Below the pieces are notes generated by a model. The model searched no databases. It had not been told where the DNA came from and worked only from the letters and a program-made list of their open reading frames with translations. The translations under genes and the position numbers were made by a program. DNA of 63,627 nt, counting the filler, from Octopus bimaculoides (taxonomy: Eukaryota), in the NCBI RefSeq assembly GCF_001194135.2. It is 6 parts of 6 records of this genome, joined end to end, with 100 filler letters (N's around TTAATTAATTAA, not from the genome) between each part and the next. Parts side by side here need not be neighbours in the genome. Positions count along the whole stretch, not along the records: positions 1 to 15,260 come from NC_068983.1; 5 more parts are not named here. One strand, written 5' to 3'. Of the stretch, positions 1 to 13,609 are shown in pieces; the stretch's first letter is position 1; each line of letters opens with the position of its first letter.

Positions 1-339
1 TATATATATATATATATACACACTTATATATGTATATACTTTTCTTTATATGTTGGTGTACCTCTGTAAAATAATATATTGATTCAGATGGTTTGAACGT
101 TTTTTTGTTTTGTTTTGTTTGTTTTCTTTTCTCGCTCTTCTTTCTCTGAATGAACATTTTTCGTTTCCTTTGAGAAATATTTTGTGCTTCTTAAGCGGCG
201 CCTCTTGTCCACACTGAAGATGTCTTTCTTCTCTCTCTAAGTGGTTTATTGTCCAAACGATGGAATCATTGAATAGATGTTTGCTTCTAGTTCGATTTAT
301 TGCTGCCATCAGCACTAGTAGCAGCAGCAGCAGAAGCAG

Positions 340-427
340 CAGCAGCTGCAAGACCCACACAACAACAATAATAATCATCATCATCATTATCATCGGCATG
401 TTCCTCATCATCCCTATCCTCAACATT

Positions 428-504
<77 letters not shown>

Positions 505-860
505 GTGTTCCTCTTCCTCCTCCTCTTAGTCATCATGATCATGATCATCATCAATATCGTCAACAGCATGATCGTCATCAACATCATCGTTATCATCATC
601 ATCATCATCATCGTCGTCGTCGTCGTCGTCCGCGACGTCCTCATCGTCATCATCACCATCATCATCATCGTTATCATCATCACCATCATCAATCATCATC
701 ATCATTAACAGCATCGTGGTCATCATCATCATCATCATCATAATCGTCATCATCGTCATCATCGTCGTCATCATCACCATCGACGTTATCGTATTCTTTA
801 TCAACATCCTCATCCTCCTTCTCCTCACCACCACCGCCACCAAGCATCATCATCATCATC
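340..860. repeat. Compound trinucleotide microsatellite (AGC/CAT/CGT/CAC)
   Basis: Long (CAT)n at ~430-503, with degenerate CAT/CGT runs after it; it explains the poly-M/I/D ORFs. Confidence 0.95.
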
Positions 861-1632
861 ATCAATATGGCTTGAGCCGACGTCGTTTTTGTTGACGTTG
901 TTTGGTAAATATTAAAATTTGTTGTTGTAGTGCTGTTATAATAGAGATTGTTGTTGTTATTATTACCATTGTTATTATTATTGTTATTATTATTANNNNN
1001 NNNNNNNNNNNNNNNNNNNNNNNNNNNNNNNNNNNNNNNNNNNNNNNNNNNNNNNNNNNNNNNNNNNNNNNNNNNNNNNNNNNNNNNNNNNNNNNNNNNN
1101 NNNNNNNNNNNNNNNNNNNNNNNNNNNNNNNNNNNNNNNNNNNNNNNNNNNNNNNNNNNNNNNNNNNNNNNNNNNNNNNNNNNNNNNNNNNNNNNNNNNN
1201 NNNNNNNNNNNNNNNNNNNNNNNNNNNNNNNNNNNNNNNNNNNNNNNNNNNNNNNNNNNNNNNNNNNNNNNNNNNNNNNNNNNNNNNNNNNNNNNNNNNN
1301 NNNNNNNNNNNNNNNNNNNNNNNNNNNNNNNNNNNNNNNNNNNNNNNNNNNNNNNNNNNNNNNNNNNNNNNNNNNNNNNNNNNNNNNNNNNNNNNNNNNN
1401 NNNNNNNNNNNNNNNNNNNNNNNNNNNNNNNNNNNNNNNNNNNNNNNNNNNNNNNNNNNNNNNNNNNNNNNNNNNNNNNNNNNNNNNNNNNNNNNNNNNN
1501 NNNNNNNNNNNNNNNNNNNNNNNNNNNNNNNNNNNNNNNNNNNNNNNNNNNNNNNNNNNNNNNNNNNNNNNNNNNNNNNNNNNNNNNNNNNNNNNNNNNN
1601 NNNNNNNNNNNNNNNNNNNNNNNNNNNNNNNN

Positions 1633-1673
<41 letters not shown>

Positions 1674-1931
1674 CATATATATGTGTGTGTGTGTGTGTAT
1701 ATGAATATTTATGTATTTACTTAACTATATAAGCATATAGATATGTTTGTATACTAAGTGTATGTATGTGCGTGTGTACACCTATATGTCTACCTATATG
1801 TATATATGTGTGTGTGTGTGAGGGTGTGTATACATATGTAAACTTACATATATATAAAGGAATAAGTGCGCATAATTGCATGTATGTATATGCATGTGCA
1901 AACAAATATATATATACATATATATATATGA

Positions 1932-1984
<53 letters not shown>

Positions 1985-2030
1985 CATATATATAGATATA
2001 TATATACATATACATATACACGTGCGTTTG
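1633..2030. repeat. (TA)n/(TG)n/(TACA)n low-complexity tract
   Basis: Direct inspection. Confidence 0.9.
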
Positions 2031-2464
2031 TCTGTATGTGTGTAAAGTAGTTAGCTAGGTACTTTAGAAAGAGAAATCACTTGAAGTGTTTTGACGTCTG
2101 TAACATCACAACGAAGATTCTCTTAAATGAAATCTCTCGTATAAATTAATGGCGGCCATAATTTCGTTATAGACAACACCGCACGACACAGATAAATACA
2201 GGCCTACGCAAATTTTCATGCATAATAGACGTAGATAGATATGCGAGTACATATATATATACATGTACATATACATATATATCCATATATATATGTACTT
2301 ATACATATATGTATCACACACACACAAACACACACGCATACATATATACTTACACGTCATACGCATAAACACATACAACCCGTAAAAATACGTACATGCT
2401 TACATTAAGAGTATAAACGACAACACCACCTATACGTTTGTAAAGGCATTCAAAATATAATCAT

Positions 2465-2491
2465 ATATATATGTATGTACGCTTCTCTGTA

Positions 2492-2527
<36 letters not shown>

Positions 2528-2590
2528 TGTATGTATGTATGTATGTGTGTGTATGTATGTATGTATGTATGTATGTATGTATGCATGTAT
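2465..2590. repeat. (TATG)n microsatellite
   Basis: Direct inspection. Confidence 0.95.
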
Positions 2591-2719
2591 GTGTTTTCGG
2601 TTGTATATATTTGTTATTTACGTAAACATACATTACACATACACGTACATTGCGTACATAAATATATATATATATATCTATATATATATATATATACACA
2701 TATATGCTACGAATTTATC

Positions 2720-2830
2720 TTCCAATCCACTTGGCTCCCGCTGACACTTTGGGCAAGTGTCTTTTGTTATAGCTTTGGGCCAACCAAGCACTGTCAGTGG
2801 ATTTGTTAAATGGAAACTAAAAGAAACCTC
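2720..2830 (+). mobile_element. SINE family S3 fragment (accttgggcaagtgtc...gccttgtgagtggatttggtagacggaaactgaaagaagc type)
   Basis: Matches about 10 other copies in the window. Confidence 0.8.
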
Positions 2831-3889
2831 CCAAATGCATATACATACAAACATAAATACATACATACATACTTTCATACATATATATATATGTATCTAT
2901 ATATATGTATGTATGTATGTATGTACGTGTTTGTCTCTTTGTCTGTTTGTCTGCTACCACCGCTTGACAATTGGTNNNNNNNNNNNNNNNNNNNNNNNNN
3001 NNNNNNNNNNNNNNNNNNNNNNNNNNNNNNNNNNNNNNNNNNNNNNNNNNNNNNNNNNNNNNNNNNNNNNNNNNNNNNNNNNNNNNNNNNNNNNNNNNNN
3101 NNNNNNNNNNNNNNNNNNNNNNNNNNNNNNNNNNNNNNNNNNNNNNNNNNNNNNNNNNNNNNNNNNNNNNNNNNNNNNNNNNNNNNNNNNNNNNNNNNNN
3201 NNNNNNNNNNNNNNNNNNNNNNNNNNNNNNNNNNNNNNNNNNNNNNNNNNNNNNNNNNNNNNNNNNNNNNNNNNNNNNNNNNNNNNNNNNNNNNNNNNNN
3301 NNNNNNNNNNNNNNNNNNNNNNNNNNNNNNNNNNNNNNNNNNNNNNNNNNNNNNNNNNNNNNNNNNNNNNNNNNNNNNNNNNNNNNNNNNNNNNNNNNNN
3401 NNNNNNNNNNNNNNNNNNNNNNNNNNNNNNNNNNNNNNNNNNNNNNNNNNNNNNNNNNNNNNNNNNNNNNNNNNNNNNNNNNNNNNNNNNNNNNNNNNNN
3501 NNNNNNNNNNNNNNNNNNNNNNNNNNNNNNNNNNNNNNNNNNNNNNNNNNNNNNNNNNNNNNNNNNNNNNNNNNNNNNNNNNNNNNNNNNNNNNNNNNNN
3601 NNNNNNNNNNNNNNNNNNNNNNNNNNNNNNNNNNNNNNNNNNNNNNNNNNNNNNNNNNNNNNNNNNNNNNNNNNNNNNNNNNNNNNNNNNNNNNNNNNNN
3701 NNNNNNNNNNNNNNNNNNNNNNNNNNNNNNNNNNNNNNNNNNNNNNNNNNNNNNNNNNNNNNNNNNNNNNNNNNNNNNNNNNNNNNNNNNNNNNNNNNNN
3801 NNNNNNNNNNNNNNNNNNNNNNNNNNNNNNNNNNNNNNNNNNNNNNNNNNNNNNNNNNNNNNNNNNNNNNNNNNNNNNNNNNNNNNNNN

Positions 3890-3944
<55 letters not shown>

Positions 3945-5577
3945 ACACACACACACTTGCTTATAATGTCTGCTTAAAACATTGTAACGTATGATGTCGG
4001 AGAGTAACAATGTAATTTTTATAAAAACAAACTTCTATCATTTCTGCTCTGTTATAAACTTAATTTCCTCGGTCTTGCGAGATCTTTCCCAAATGACTGT
4101 TATCTCGTATCTTTAACTTGTTCTAGGCATTGGACTGCGGCCATGCTGGGGCTCTGTCTGCAGCGGTTTCTGTCGAACACATGGACCACAATACTCATTT
4201 AGTTTTTAAGAATGGTAATTATTCTTTCGCTCTGTTATGCCGAAACAGCTAATGTACAGGGACGTAAAACAAACCCGCGCTGGTTGGCAAGTGGTGTGCG
4301 GAGAACAAACACAGACACAAAGACACACACACACAACACACACACTAATGTCTCTCTCTCTCTATCTATCTATATACAGGATTGGCCGAAAGTCACCTGA
4401 CAGCAAATCAAAACATATTTAATTCCAAGATTTATTTATGTTTAACAAATGAATGAATTTAATAAAAGCATCTAAATATGAAACATCATGGGAATTGTTC
4501 AAGCTGAAGTCCTTCTTGAGCAACACATTATTACGAGATAATATAGAATTACAAATAGTATTTATAGAATTTTGATTTACTGTCGGGTGACTTTTGGCCA
4601 AAGCTATATACATACATACATACATATANNNNNNNNNNNNNNNNNNNNNNNNNNNNNNNNNNNNNNNNNNNNNNNNNNNNNNNNNNNNNNNNNNNNNNNN
4701 NNNNNNNNNNNNNNNNNNNNNNNNNNNNNNNNNNNNNNNNNNNNNNNNNNNNNNNNNNNNNNNNNNNNNNNNNNNNNNNNNNNNNNNNNNNNNNNNNNNN
4801 NNNNNNNNNNNNNNNNNNNNNNNNNNNNNNNNNNNNNNNNNNNNNNNNNNNNNNNNNNNNNNNNNNNNNNNNNNNNNNNNNNNNNNNNNNNNNNNNNNNN
4901 NNNNNNNNNNNNNNNNNNNNNNNNNNNNNNNNNNNNNNNNNNNNNNNNNNNNNNNNNNNNNNNNNNNNNNNNNNNNNNNNNNNNNNNNNNNNNNNNNNNN
5001 NNNNNNNNNNNNNNNNNNNNNNNNNNNNNNNNNNNNNNNNNNNNNNNNNNNNNNNNNNNNNNNNNNNNNNNNNNNNNNNNNNNNNNNNATATATATATAT
5101 ATATATATATATCTTTAAAATGGAAGGAATGGAAAAGGTGAAACAAAACTACGTATATTTCCAAAGCTAAACTTTGTTTTACGTAACTCACAGCGCATGT
5201 GAAATCAGTATATGTATACATTTGTGTGTGTGTGTGCGTGTGTGTGTGTGTATGCGAGAGAGAGAGAGAGAGATTGTGTGTGTGTGTGTGTGTTTTTGCA
5301 CACACACTCACACACACACACACACACACACATTTATATATATATATATACACACAAAGATGCAACTGGTAGTGTCACAGTAATGTGTATTGCAATTAAA
5401 CGAATAAACGATAAAACATTTTTTCTAAGTACCTGCTACAGAACAGAATAATTGGAGGGAAGGAAGCCCGATTAGTGACTGAGGAAACTAGAGCTTGAAT
5501 AAATACTTGTTTCTTTTTTGTTGTTTTTTTCTTTAGTGTACTTACAGAACAATTAGTATATATATATATATAGACAG

Positions 5578-5760
<183 letters not shown>

Positions 5761-5789
5761 CATATATATACACGTATATATATAACGTA

Positions 5790-6075
5790 AATAGTGCTAG
5801 CTTTCTAGAACGATTAATTGCACTATGTTTGTCTAGCAGGACAAAGATTGGTATTGTTACTGAATGTTTGAACAAGGCACAGTATCTTCGTTGTCAATCT
5901 CTTTAAGGCTAATTAACTAAGTTCAATAGGTAATAATAATGTTTGCAAAACTATAACTGCTAATGATGATTCATCAATGACTTAGTTAATTACATGGAAG
6001 TGATAAATCGCTTCATTATATTCTGGAAAACGTTTTATATCCGTAAACAAATGATGCATATGCACACATGCGTAT
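5790..6075 (+). repeat. Left arm of a ~285-bp long inverted repeat (partner 9490-9785)
   Basis: Reverse complement matches 9490-9785; e.g. ggaagtgataaatcgcttcattatattctggaaaacg here versus cgttttccagaatataatgaagcgatttatcacttcc there. Confidence 0.95.
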
Positions 6076-6329
6076 GTAGATACATACAGGTTTTATATAA
6101 GTTTGTGTGTGTGTTTGTGTGTGTGTCCTTTGGATATGTGTTTGTGTTTGTGTTTGTGTATCCATTGTATGTATTCGTTTCCTTCAACATCCTCTTCCGT
6201 TTCCAGATGGTGTAATCCACAATGTAAGCTTCGTTACGCATTCAACTCTGTTCAGACAGCAACCTTCGAGTGTTCCTCCTAGCAGAGTGAATATCAGCAG
6301 ATTCGCCGTATTGTGGCATTCCATCTGGT

Positions 6330-6400
6330 TAGCGTTTCTCGACCGGGGTTCCCCGGAACCCTAGGCTACCACAAAAGGCTCTTAGGGGTTCTGAGAAAAA
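6330..6400 (+). mobile_element. hAT/Charlie-like MITE terminal fragment
   Basis: tagcgtttctcgaccggggttccccggaaccctagg resembles cagtgtttctcaac...ggggttcc hAT termini. Confidence 0.5.
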
Positions 6401-6540
6401 GAGTGAGATAAGCTAATGCTAATTTCATGATCGTAATATTACTATACATGCACAACATATTGGTTACTGCAATATTGTAATATAGTCATCATATCTAACT
6501 TATTATGTTATCAATGAAAAACATAACAGTCATATATATA

Positions 6541-6576
<36 letters not shown>

Positions 6577-7372
6577 NNNNNNNNNNNNNNNNNNNNNNNN
6601 NNNNNNNNNNNNNNNNNNNNNNNNNNNNNNNNNNNNNNNNNNNNNNNNNNNNNNNNNNNNNNNNNNNNNNNNNNNNNNNNNNNNNNNNNNNNNNNNNNNN
6701 NNNNNNNNNNNNNNNNNNNNNNNNNNNNNNNNNNNNNNNNNNNNNNNNNNNNNNNNNNNNNNNNNNNNNNNNNNNNNNNNNNNNNNNNNNNNNNNNNNNN
6801 NNNNNNNNNNNNNNNNNNNNNNNNNNNNNNNNNNNNNNNNNNNNNNNNNNNNNNNNNNNNNNNNNNNNNNNNNNNNNNNNNNNNNNNNNNNNNNNNNNNN
6901 NNNNNNNNNNNNNNNNNNNNNNNNNNNNNNNNNNNNNNNNNNNNNNNNNNNNNNNNNNNNNNNNNNNNNNNNNNNNNNNNNNNNNNNNNNNNNNNNNNNN
7001 NNNNNNNNNNNNNNNNNNNNNNNNNNNNNNNNNNNNNNNNNNNNNNNNNNNNNNNNNNNNNNNNNNNNNNNNNNNNNNNNNNNNNNNNNNNNNNNNNNNN
7101 NNNNNNNNNNNNNNNNNNNNNNNNNNNNNNNNNNNNNNNNNNNNNNNNNNNNNNNNNNNNNNNNNNNNNNNNNNNNNNNNNNNNNNNNNNNNNNNNNNNN
7201 NNNNNNNNNNNNNNNNNNNNNNNNNNNNNNNNNNNNNNNNNNNNNNNNNNNNNNNNNNNNNNNNNNNNNNNNNNNNNNNNNNNNNNNNNNNNNNNNNNNN
7301 NNNNNNNNNNNNNNNNNNNNNNNNNNNNNNNNNNNNNNNNNNNNNNNNNNNNNNNNNNNNNNNNNNNNNNNN

Positions 7373-8338
7373 TTCGGAATGTTAGACAAAGAGCGGCTTA
7401 ATCTTCAAGTCTTCACTCGCATTGGCACAAACGCCTGTGACTTGGCATTTTCTTCTCCTCGGCAGTTATGTAGGTTCTTCTGGGTACTTTTTCTTTTTTT
7501 TTTTTACCAAAAAAAGGCCAGTTTCATCACAGTTGAATACCTGTTGTGCGATGTACCCCTGGACTGCGATGAGCTGACGGAATTCGGGTCAGCACTCGCT
7601 GCTTCTCCATACCTGAGGACGTTATGAACATCAGTCCTCTTCTTGAAACTATCAAACCAGCCGCGAATGGCCTTAAATGCGTCTACTGATGTTGCCTCCG
7701 TCGATGTTCTGAGGTTCTGCTTCAGGAGATCCCCATACCCGCTCTCCGTAATCGTATCCCCTGCGACCTGCTTCTCGTTGATCTGCAGGAGAAGCTGTTT
7801 TCCCATCCTTTCGTGGACAGATGTGTGTTGCTTAGGGACCCTGGAGATACCCTTTGCTGTTGTAACGGCCTTGATCTCGTCCTTAATCTTCAGGATGGTG
7901 CAGATCGTCGACGTGATTCGGTCGTATTGACGTGTTATGTCCACTACACGCACTCCTCTCACATGTTTATCCATGATTTCCTTCTCAGTTTTATCGCAAT
8001 CAGCTTTTTCTTCTTCTCAACACTATCCTTTGTACTAACCTTCTTAGGAACCATGGCTAACACAACTAATTATTATAAAATGATAGCAAAAACCGCACAA
8101 AACTAAACAAAAACACTGGGGAAAACACAACAGCGATGCTGCTACCAACGCGTGATCTGAGCGAGCTGAGACCGCGCCTGTTGGGAGAGCGTGTGCGAGC
8201 TCAGCGCCGATTAGCGGTCGCTTGTATGAAACTCGCTCATACTGCGCATTTCGTACTTCAAGACAAAATTCGCATGAGTCTTGACTCGTACAGCAAATTA
8301 CTCGTAAAATGGGGCACTTGTACTGCGAGGTTCTACTG
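7373..8338 (-). mobile_element. Tigger/pogo DNA transposon, 5' part with a decayed transposase
   Basis: Terminus CAGTAGAACCTCG at 8338; ATG at 8054 (MVPKKVS...). HTH region RGVRVVDITRQY..STICTILK; CENP-B-type FKAIRGWFDSFKKR..HNVLRYGEAASAD; DDE_1 start QQVFNCDETGLFW..RRTYITAEEKKMP and CANASEDLKIKPLFV. Contains frameshifts and is cut by gaps. Confidence 0.93.
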
Positions 8339-9269
8339 NNNNNNNNNNNNNNNNNNNNNNNNNNNNNNNNNNNNNNNNNNNNNNNNNNNNNNNNNNNNNN
8401 NNNNNNNNNNNNNNNNNNNNNNNNNNNNNNNNNNNNNNNNNNNNNNNNNNNNNNNNNNNNNNNNNNNNNNNNNNNNNNNNNNNNNNNNNNNNNNNNNNNN
8501 NNNNNNNNNNNNNNNNNNNNNNNNNNNNNNNNNNNNNNNNNNNNNNNNNNNNNNNNNNNNNNNNNNNNNNNNNNNNNNNNNNNNNNNNNNNNNNNNNNNN
8601 NNNNNNNNNNNNNNNNNNNNNNNNNNNNNNNNNNNNNNNNNNNNNNNNNNNNNNNNNNNNNNNNNNNNNNNNNNNNNNNNNNNNNNNNNNNNNNNNNNNN
8701 NNNNNNNNNNNNNNNNNNNNNNNNNNNNNNNNNNNNNNNNNNNNNNNNNNNNNNNNNNNNNNNNNNNNNNNNNNNNNNNNNNNNNNNNNNNNNNNNNNNN
8801 NNNNNNNNNNNNNNNNNNNNNNNNNNNNNNNNNNNNNNNNNNNNNNNNNNNNNNNNNNNNNNNNNNNNNNNNNNNNNNNNNNNNNNNNNNNNNNNNNNNN
8901 NNNNNNNNNNNNNNNNNNNNNNNNNNNNNNNNNNNNNNNNNNNNNNNNNNNNNNNNNNNNNNNNNNNNNNNNNNNNNNNNNNNNNNNNNNNNNNNNNNNN
9001 NNNNNNNNNNNNNNNNNNNNNNNNNNNNNNNNNNNNNNNNNNNNNNNNNNNNNNNNNNNNNNNNNNNNNNNNNNNNNNNNNNNNNNNNNNNNNNNNNNNN
9101 NNNNNNNNNNNNNNNNNNNNNNNNNNNNNNNNNNNNNNNNNNNNNNNNNNNNNNNNNNNNNNNNNNNNNNNNNNNNNNNNNNNNNNNNNNNNNNNNNNNN
9201 NNNNNNNNNNNNNNNNNNNNNNNNNNNNNNNNNNNNNNNNNNNNNNATATATATATATATATACATATA

Positions 9270-9405
9270 TACAACGGGCTTCTTTCAGTTTCCATCTACC
9301 AAATCCACTCACAAGGCTTTGGTCGGCCTGCGGCTATAGTAGAAGACACTCGCCCAAGGTGCCATGCGGTGGGATTGAACCCAGAACCATGTGGTTGGTA
9401 AGCAA
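9270..9405 (-). mobile_element. SINE family S3 copy
   Basis: cttctttcagtttccatctaccaaatccactcacaaggctttggtcggcc...gaacccagaaccatgtggttgg. Confidence 0.85.
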
Positions 9406-9489
9406 AATAGATAGTAGGTGTATTTAAGAACAACTGCATGGCTGTGTGCATGCATGTACACTCACGCATGCACACAATGACAAAAATAT

Positions 9490-9785
9490 ATACATGCGTA
9501 CGCAATTATGCATATGCATCGTTTGTTTATGGATATTAAACGTTTTCCAGAATATAATGAAGCGATTTATCACTTCCATGTAATTAACTAAGTCATTGAT
9601 GAATCATCATTAGCAGTTATAGTTTTGCAAACATTATCATTACCTATTGAACTTAGTTAATTAGCCTTAAAGAGATTGACAACGAAGATACTGTGCCTTG
9701 TTCTAACGTTCTGTAACAATGCCTAGCTTTGTCCTTCTAGGCAAACATGGCGCAATTAATCGTTGCATACAGAAAGCTATCATAA
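9490..9785 (-). repeat. Right arm of the long inverted repeat (partner 5790-6075)
   Basis: See the left arm. Confidence 0.95.
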
Positions 9786-10695
9786 TTTTTATATGTACAT
9801 GGATTGACATCTCTATATACGTGTGCGAGTGTGTGTGCGTGTATGAGGCTGTCTGTGTATGTATATACATGCATGTGTTTATGTATACAAGCTGATATAT
9901 TGTGTTAGTGTGTCTGTTTACATATCCGATAGCTTTTATTATTTTTTTTATCAGTACAGGGCACTGTGTGTTTATATAAACACGGCGTCCATATTTTTAA
10001 TACGTGCAGTTACTTACTCCTAAGAGTTGTCTTGAGATATACACACACACACACACACATACATAGGGTTTCGTGCTACTTTTAACGATTTTATGTTTAA
10101 CATTTTCAGGAACATCTTTGATGTACAGGTGAACAGTCAACGGGGTTGGAGAAAATAACGATTAAAGTTGTAGTTGAGAAAAAAGTTAGCGGACATGGAG
10201 GCCTGGAAGCCATCAGAATATTGCTTTGAAATGTTGGTACAAAGCCATCAATTTTGGGGGTGGGTCTAGGTAGATTATCTCCACCACATTGCTTAATTCT
10301 TACTTATTTTATCGACCCCGAAAGAATGAAAGGCAAAGTCGACCTCGGTGGAATTTGAACTCAGAACATAAAGCCAGAAGACATCTGAATATTGGGAAAG
10401 GGTTACCTGAATCATGATGAACCGTTCCGAGTATCAAAATGGCAATATCATGATTGCTACTCAATGCTTTGTCAAACGTGTAAAGGCTATAAGACGAACC
10501 ATAGAGGGGGAGGGGGTTAGCCCATTACATCGACCCCAGTTCTTAACTGGTATTAATTTTAACTACAACATATTAAAAAGCGAAATCGCATATAGCCCGA
10601 AGAAATGCAGCGAAGCATTTTGTTTAGCTTGCTATCCATTCTGCCAATAAATTTGATTTTGTCGACTGTTTCTTCTATATTTTATATTTGTGTAT

Positions 10696-11018
10696 GAAGA
10701 CGCGTGGCTTAATGGTTAAGGTACTCGACTGACGGTCGCAAGTTCGTGAGTTCAATTCCTGGTGACACGCTGTGTCCTTGAGCAAAACACTTTATTTCAC
10801 ATTACTCCAGTCCACTCAGCTGGCAAAAATGAGTTGTACCTGTAATTCAAAGGGGCCAGACTTGTCGCATTCTGTATCGCACTGTATCTCTCTGACAACT
10901 ACGTTAAGTGTACGCGTGTCTGTGGAGTAATCAGCTACTTGCACGTTAAATATCATGAGCAGATTATTCGTTGATCGGATTAACTGCAAACCTCGTCGCC
11001 GTAACCGACGGAGTGCCA
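10696..11018 (+). mobile_element. tRNA-derived SINE family S1, near full length
   Basis: Head has A-box (tggcttaatggttaagg) and B-box (gagttcaattcc); tail gcagattattcgttgatcgg...taaccgacggagtgcca is shared with the copies at 29903, 40205 and 47905. Confidence 0.88.
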
Positions 11019-11044
11019 TATCGTAATTTGTTAGTATTAATAAT

Positions 11045-11225
11045 CTTTTCTATTCTGGGCACAAGGCCCGAAATTTTGGGGGAGGGGACAATCGATTTGA
11101 TCGATCCCTGTACGCAACTGGTACTTAATTTATCGACTCCGAAAGGATGAAAGGTAAAGTCAACCTCGGCGGAATTTGAACTCGGAACGTAAAGTCAGAC
11201 AAAATACCGCTAACGTTTCTGCCAA
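11045..11225 (-). mobile_element. SINE family S2 copy (gtcgactttgcctttcatcctttcggggtcgat type)
   Basis: Matches copies at 10230, 19620, 34828, 38280-38935 and 49310. Confidence 0.85.
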
Positions 11226-11269
11226 GTCCTCGGAAAAATTGCCTTGATAGATTTAATACTTTAAAAGGC

Positions 11270-11430
11270 ACAAGCATAACTGTGTGGTTGCAAGCTCGCT
11301 TTCTGAAGCCATGGTTTCGTGTTCAGTTCCACCGCACGGAAACTTAGGGTGGTGTCTTTTACTAAATCCCCTGGTCAACCAATGCCTTGTGAATGAATTT
11401 GGTAGACGGAAAGTGTATGGAAGCTATTCG
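11270..11430 (+). mobile_element. SINE family S3 copy
   Basis: Shared S3 motifs. Confidence 0.8.
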
Positions 11431-11460
11431 CATGTGTATGTGTGTTTGTGTGTATATATA

Positions 11461-11872
11461 CCTTCACCTCTTCCGCATCTGCAAATTCCCTAGTACCATC
11501 TTTCATCACCAGTGATGACCTTCGAAAATAGGTCTGGATTAATTTCCAGCTGCTCTTTCAGTCCACAACACGCATTCAGTCTTGACTGCTTTTGATCTTC
11601 TGTGGGCAATCGAGGCACAAATTTTGCTGCAAGTCATTTCATTCGCAAATCCTCGCACAAAATTCGTTGGTAGGAGCCCCATGACACCCTAGTCATATCA
11701 ACAAGCTCGTCAATTGCTCTGTAACGTCCCTCCAAGATCAGTTCATGAATTTTCAGGATGTTTTTATTCGTTCGGGTGGTCGGCGGACGCCCTGGACGGG
11801 GTTGGTCTTCAAGCGGTAAGTAGCTATTCCTAAAGCCCTTGTAAGCTGTTTGAAACATGAGAGCATATTTCC
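11461..11872 (-). mobile_element. Mariner transposon remnant, internally deleted
   Basis: LEDQPRPGRPPTTRTNKNILKIHELILE..DLRMK..AAKFVPR..LFSKVITGDERW fused directly to FADAEEVK. Confidence 0.9.
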
Positions 11873-11937
11873 TTTATATCGACTATCAGATTTAGACTCT
11901 TTCATTTATTCTTTAGCAGAATAAACTTAGTAAAAAC

Positions 11938-12270
11938 TGGCATTCCGTCGGTTACGACGACGAGGGATCCGGTTGATCCGTTTAACGGAACAGCCTGATC
12001 GTGCAAGTGGCTGAGCACTCCACAGTCACGTGTACCCTTAGTTCTCAGGAAGATTCAGCGTGATAAAGAATGTGACATGGCTGGCCCCTTGAAATTCCTG
12101 GACCGCATCGTGCTATGAGTTCTTGAGCAAAACACTTCATCTCACGCTGCTTTGCGATCACTTCAACACCTGACGCGTGGTAGACTTGTGGACCTGTTCA
12201 GGCAACGTCGATTTGATGGAGGGAATGAGCGAATGTACAGCACAAGGATTTGATCCCTATCAAAGATTTC
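11938..12270. mobile_element. SINE S1 tail (minus) abutting a related SINE fragment (plus)
   Basis: Reverse complement of the S1 tail at 11938-12095; 12110-12270 matches 37790-37930. Confidence 0.7.
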
Positions 12271-12399
12271 ATCTCTATCAAAATAATCATTTGTGTAGCT
12301 TATTCACCAACAAAATGCAGAACCCTTTTGTTTTTTGACTACAGGAGTCTACCGTCACTGTAATCCCCTAATATAGTCACGCCTATAATTTTCATCAAC

Positions 12400-12960
12400 A
12401 GCAGCATCACCACCACCACCATCACCACCACCAAAAACGCCACCAAAACCACCACCACCACCACCAAAACCATCATCACCACCACCATCACCACCACCAA
12501 AAACGCCACCAAAACCACCACCACCACCNNNNNNNNNNNNNNNNNNNNNNNNNNNNNNNNNNNNNNNNNNNNNNNNNNNNNNNNNNNNNNNNNNNNNNNN
12601 NNNNNNNNNNNNNNNNNNNNNNNNNNNNNNNNNNNNNNNNNNNNNNNNNNNNNNNNNNNNNNNNNNNNNNNNTGTGTAGCTTATTCACCAACAAAATGCA
12701 GAACCCTTTTGTTTTTTGACTACAGGAGTCTACCGTCACTGTAATCCCCTAATATAGTCACGCCTATAATTTTCATCAACAGCAGCATCACCACCACCAC
12801 CATCACCACCACCAAAAACGCCACCAAAACCACCACCACCACCACCACCGCTACCGCCACCGCCGCCGCCGCCGCCACCGCCGCTATCATGTCCACTACC
12901 TCTTCCACCACAACCATCACCGCCATCACCGGAGCCACCATTACAATGGCGATAGCTGTT
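12400..12960. repeat. (CAC)/(CGC) triplet low-complexity tract spanning a gap
   Basis: Direct inspection. Confidence 0.9.
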
Positions 12961-13609
12961 ATAAACAACAGCGTAACCGCCATTACTTCTGTTTCCAAAA
13001 TCCACCATCGCCATCACAATTACAATCATATCCAACACACAATCAAATAATCAAATCATCTAATACATAAAACAGCTATCAGTTTTTGATAACTTGGTCA
13101 TCCATCGATCACTCTATTGAACGTTTATCGCAAACTATTTATTAGAGATAACAATAACAATACGGCATTTATTGTCCGAGTCGTAAGCGGCAGCAACAAT
13201 AAAACACAGTAACAATTACAACCTAATTTAGCATGAAATTTTTTCTCTTCTTCAACAATAAGTTTTATCTGATAAACGAAATAACAACAGCTCCGCTACT
13301 GCGCCTCCATCGCTAACTCCAACACACTCCGAAATGAAATAATGAATAAATATATAAATTATACGAACCGAAATCAGAAAAAGAGGAAAAAAGAAAAGAA
13401 AGAGAGGAGAAGAACATAGTGTATTTAATGTTCACTGTTGATTGGTTGGATTTCGCAAAGGCTGATGGGTAATTTCGTGTTGTAAGTTTTCGCTTTCGAT
13501 CTTATTGTAAGGAGCGATAATTAGATGTGTGTATGTTTGTGTGTAATGGCAGGGGTGGTGGCTTCTAATCAATTTTTATATTATTCTTCTTTTTCTTTTT
13601 TTTTTCTTT

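Noticed and set aside
6190-6230. Other AG...GT micro-exon-like motifs (6207-6223, ~10101-10119, ~44952-44993, 56897-56938)
   Set aside because: Expected by chance in 63 kb of pyrimidine-rich DNA; donors are mostly weak, and the 44.95-kb one appears to lie in a repeat.
10696-10770. tRNA-like A/B boxes
   Set aside because: These are SINE heads with no cloverleaf 3' half, so not tRNA genes.
12290-12845. Direct duplications flanking gaps (12290-12528/12673-12845; 14101-14261/14511-14667)
   Set aside because: Identical sequence on both sides of a gap indicates unmerged contig overlaps.
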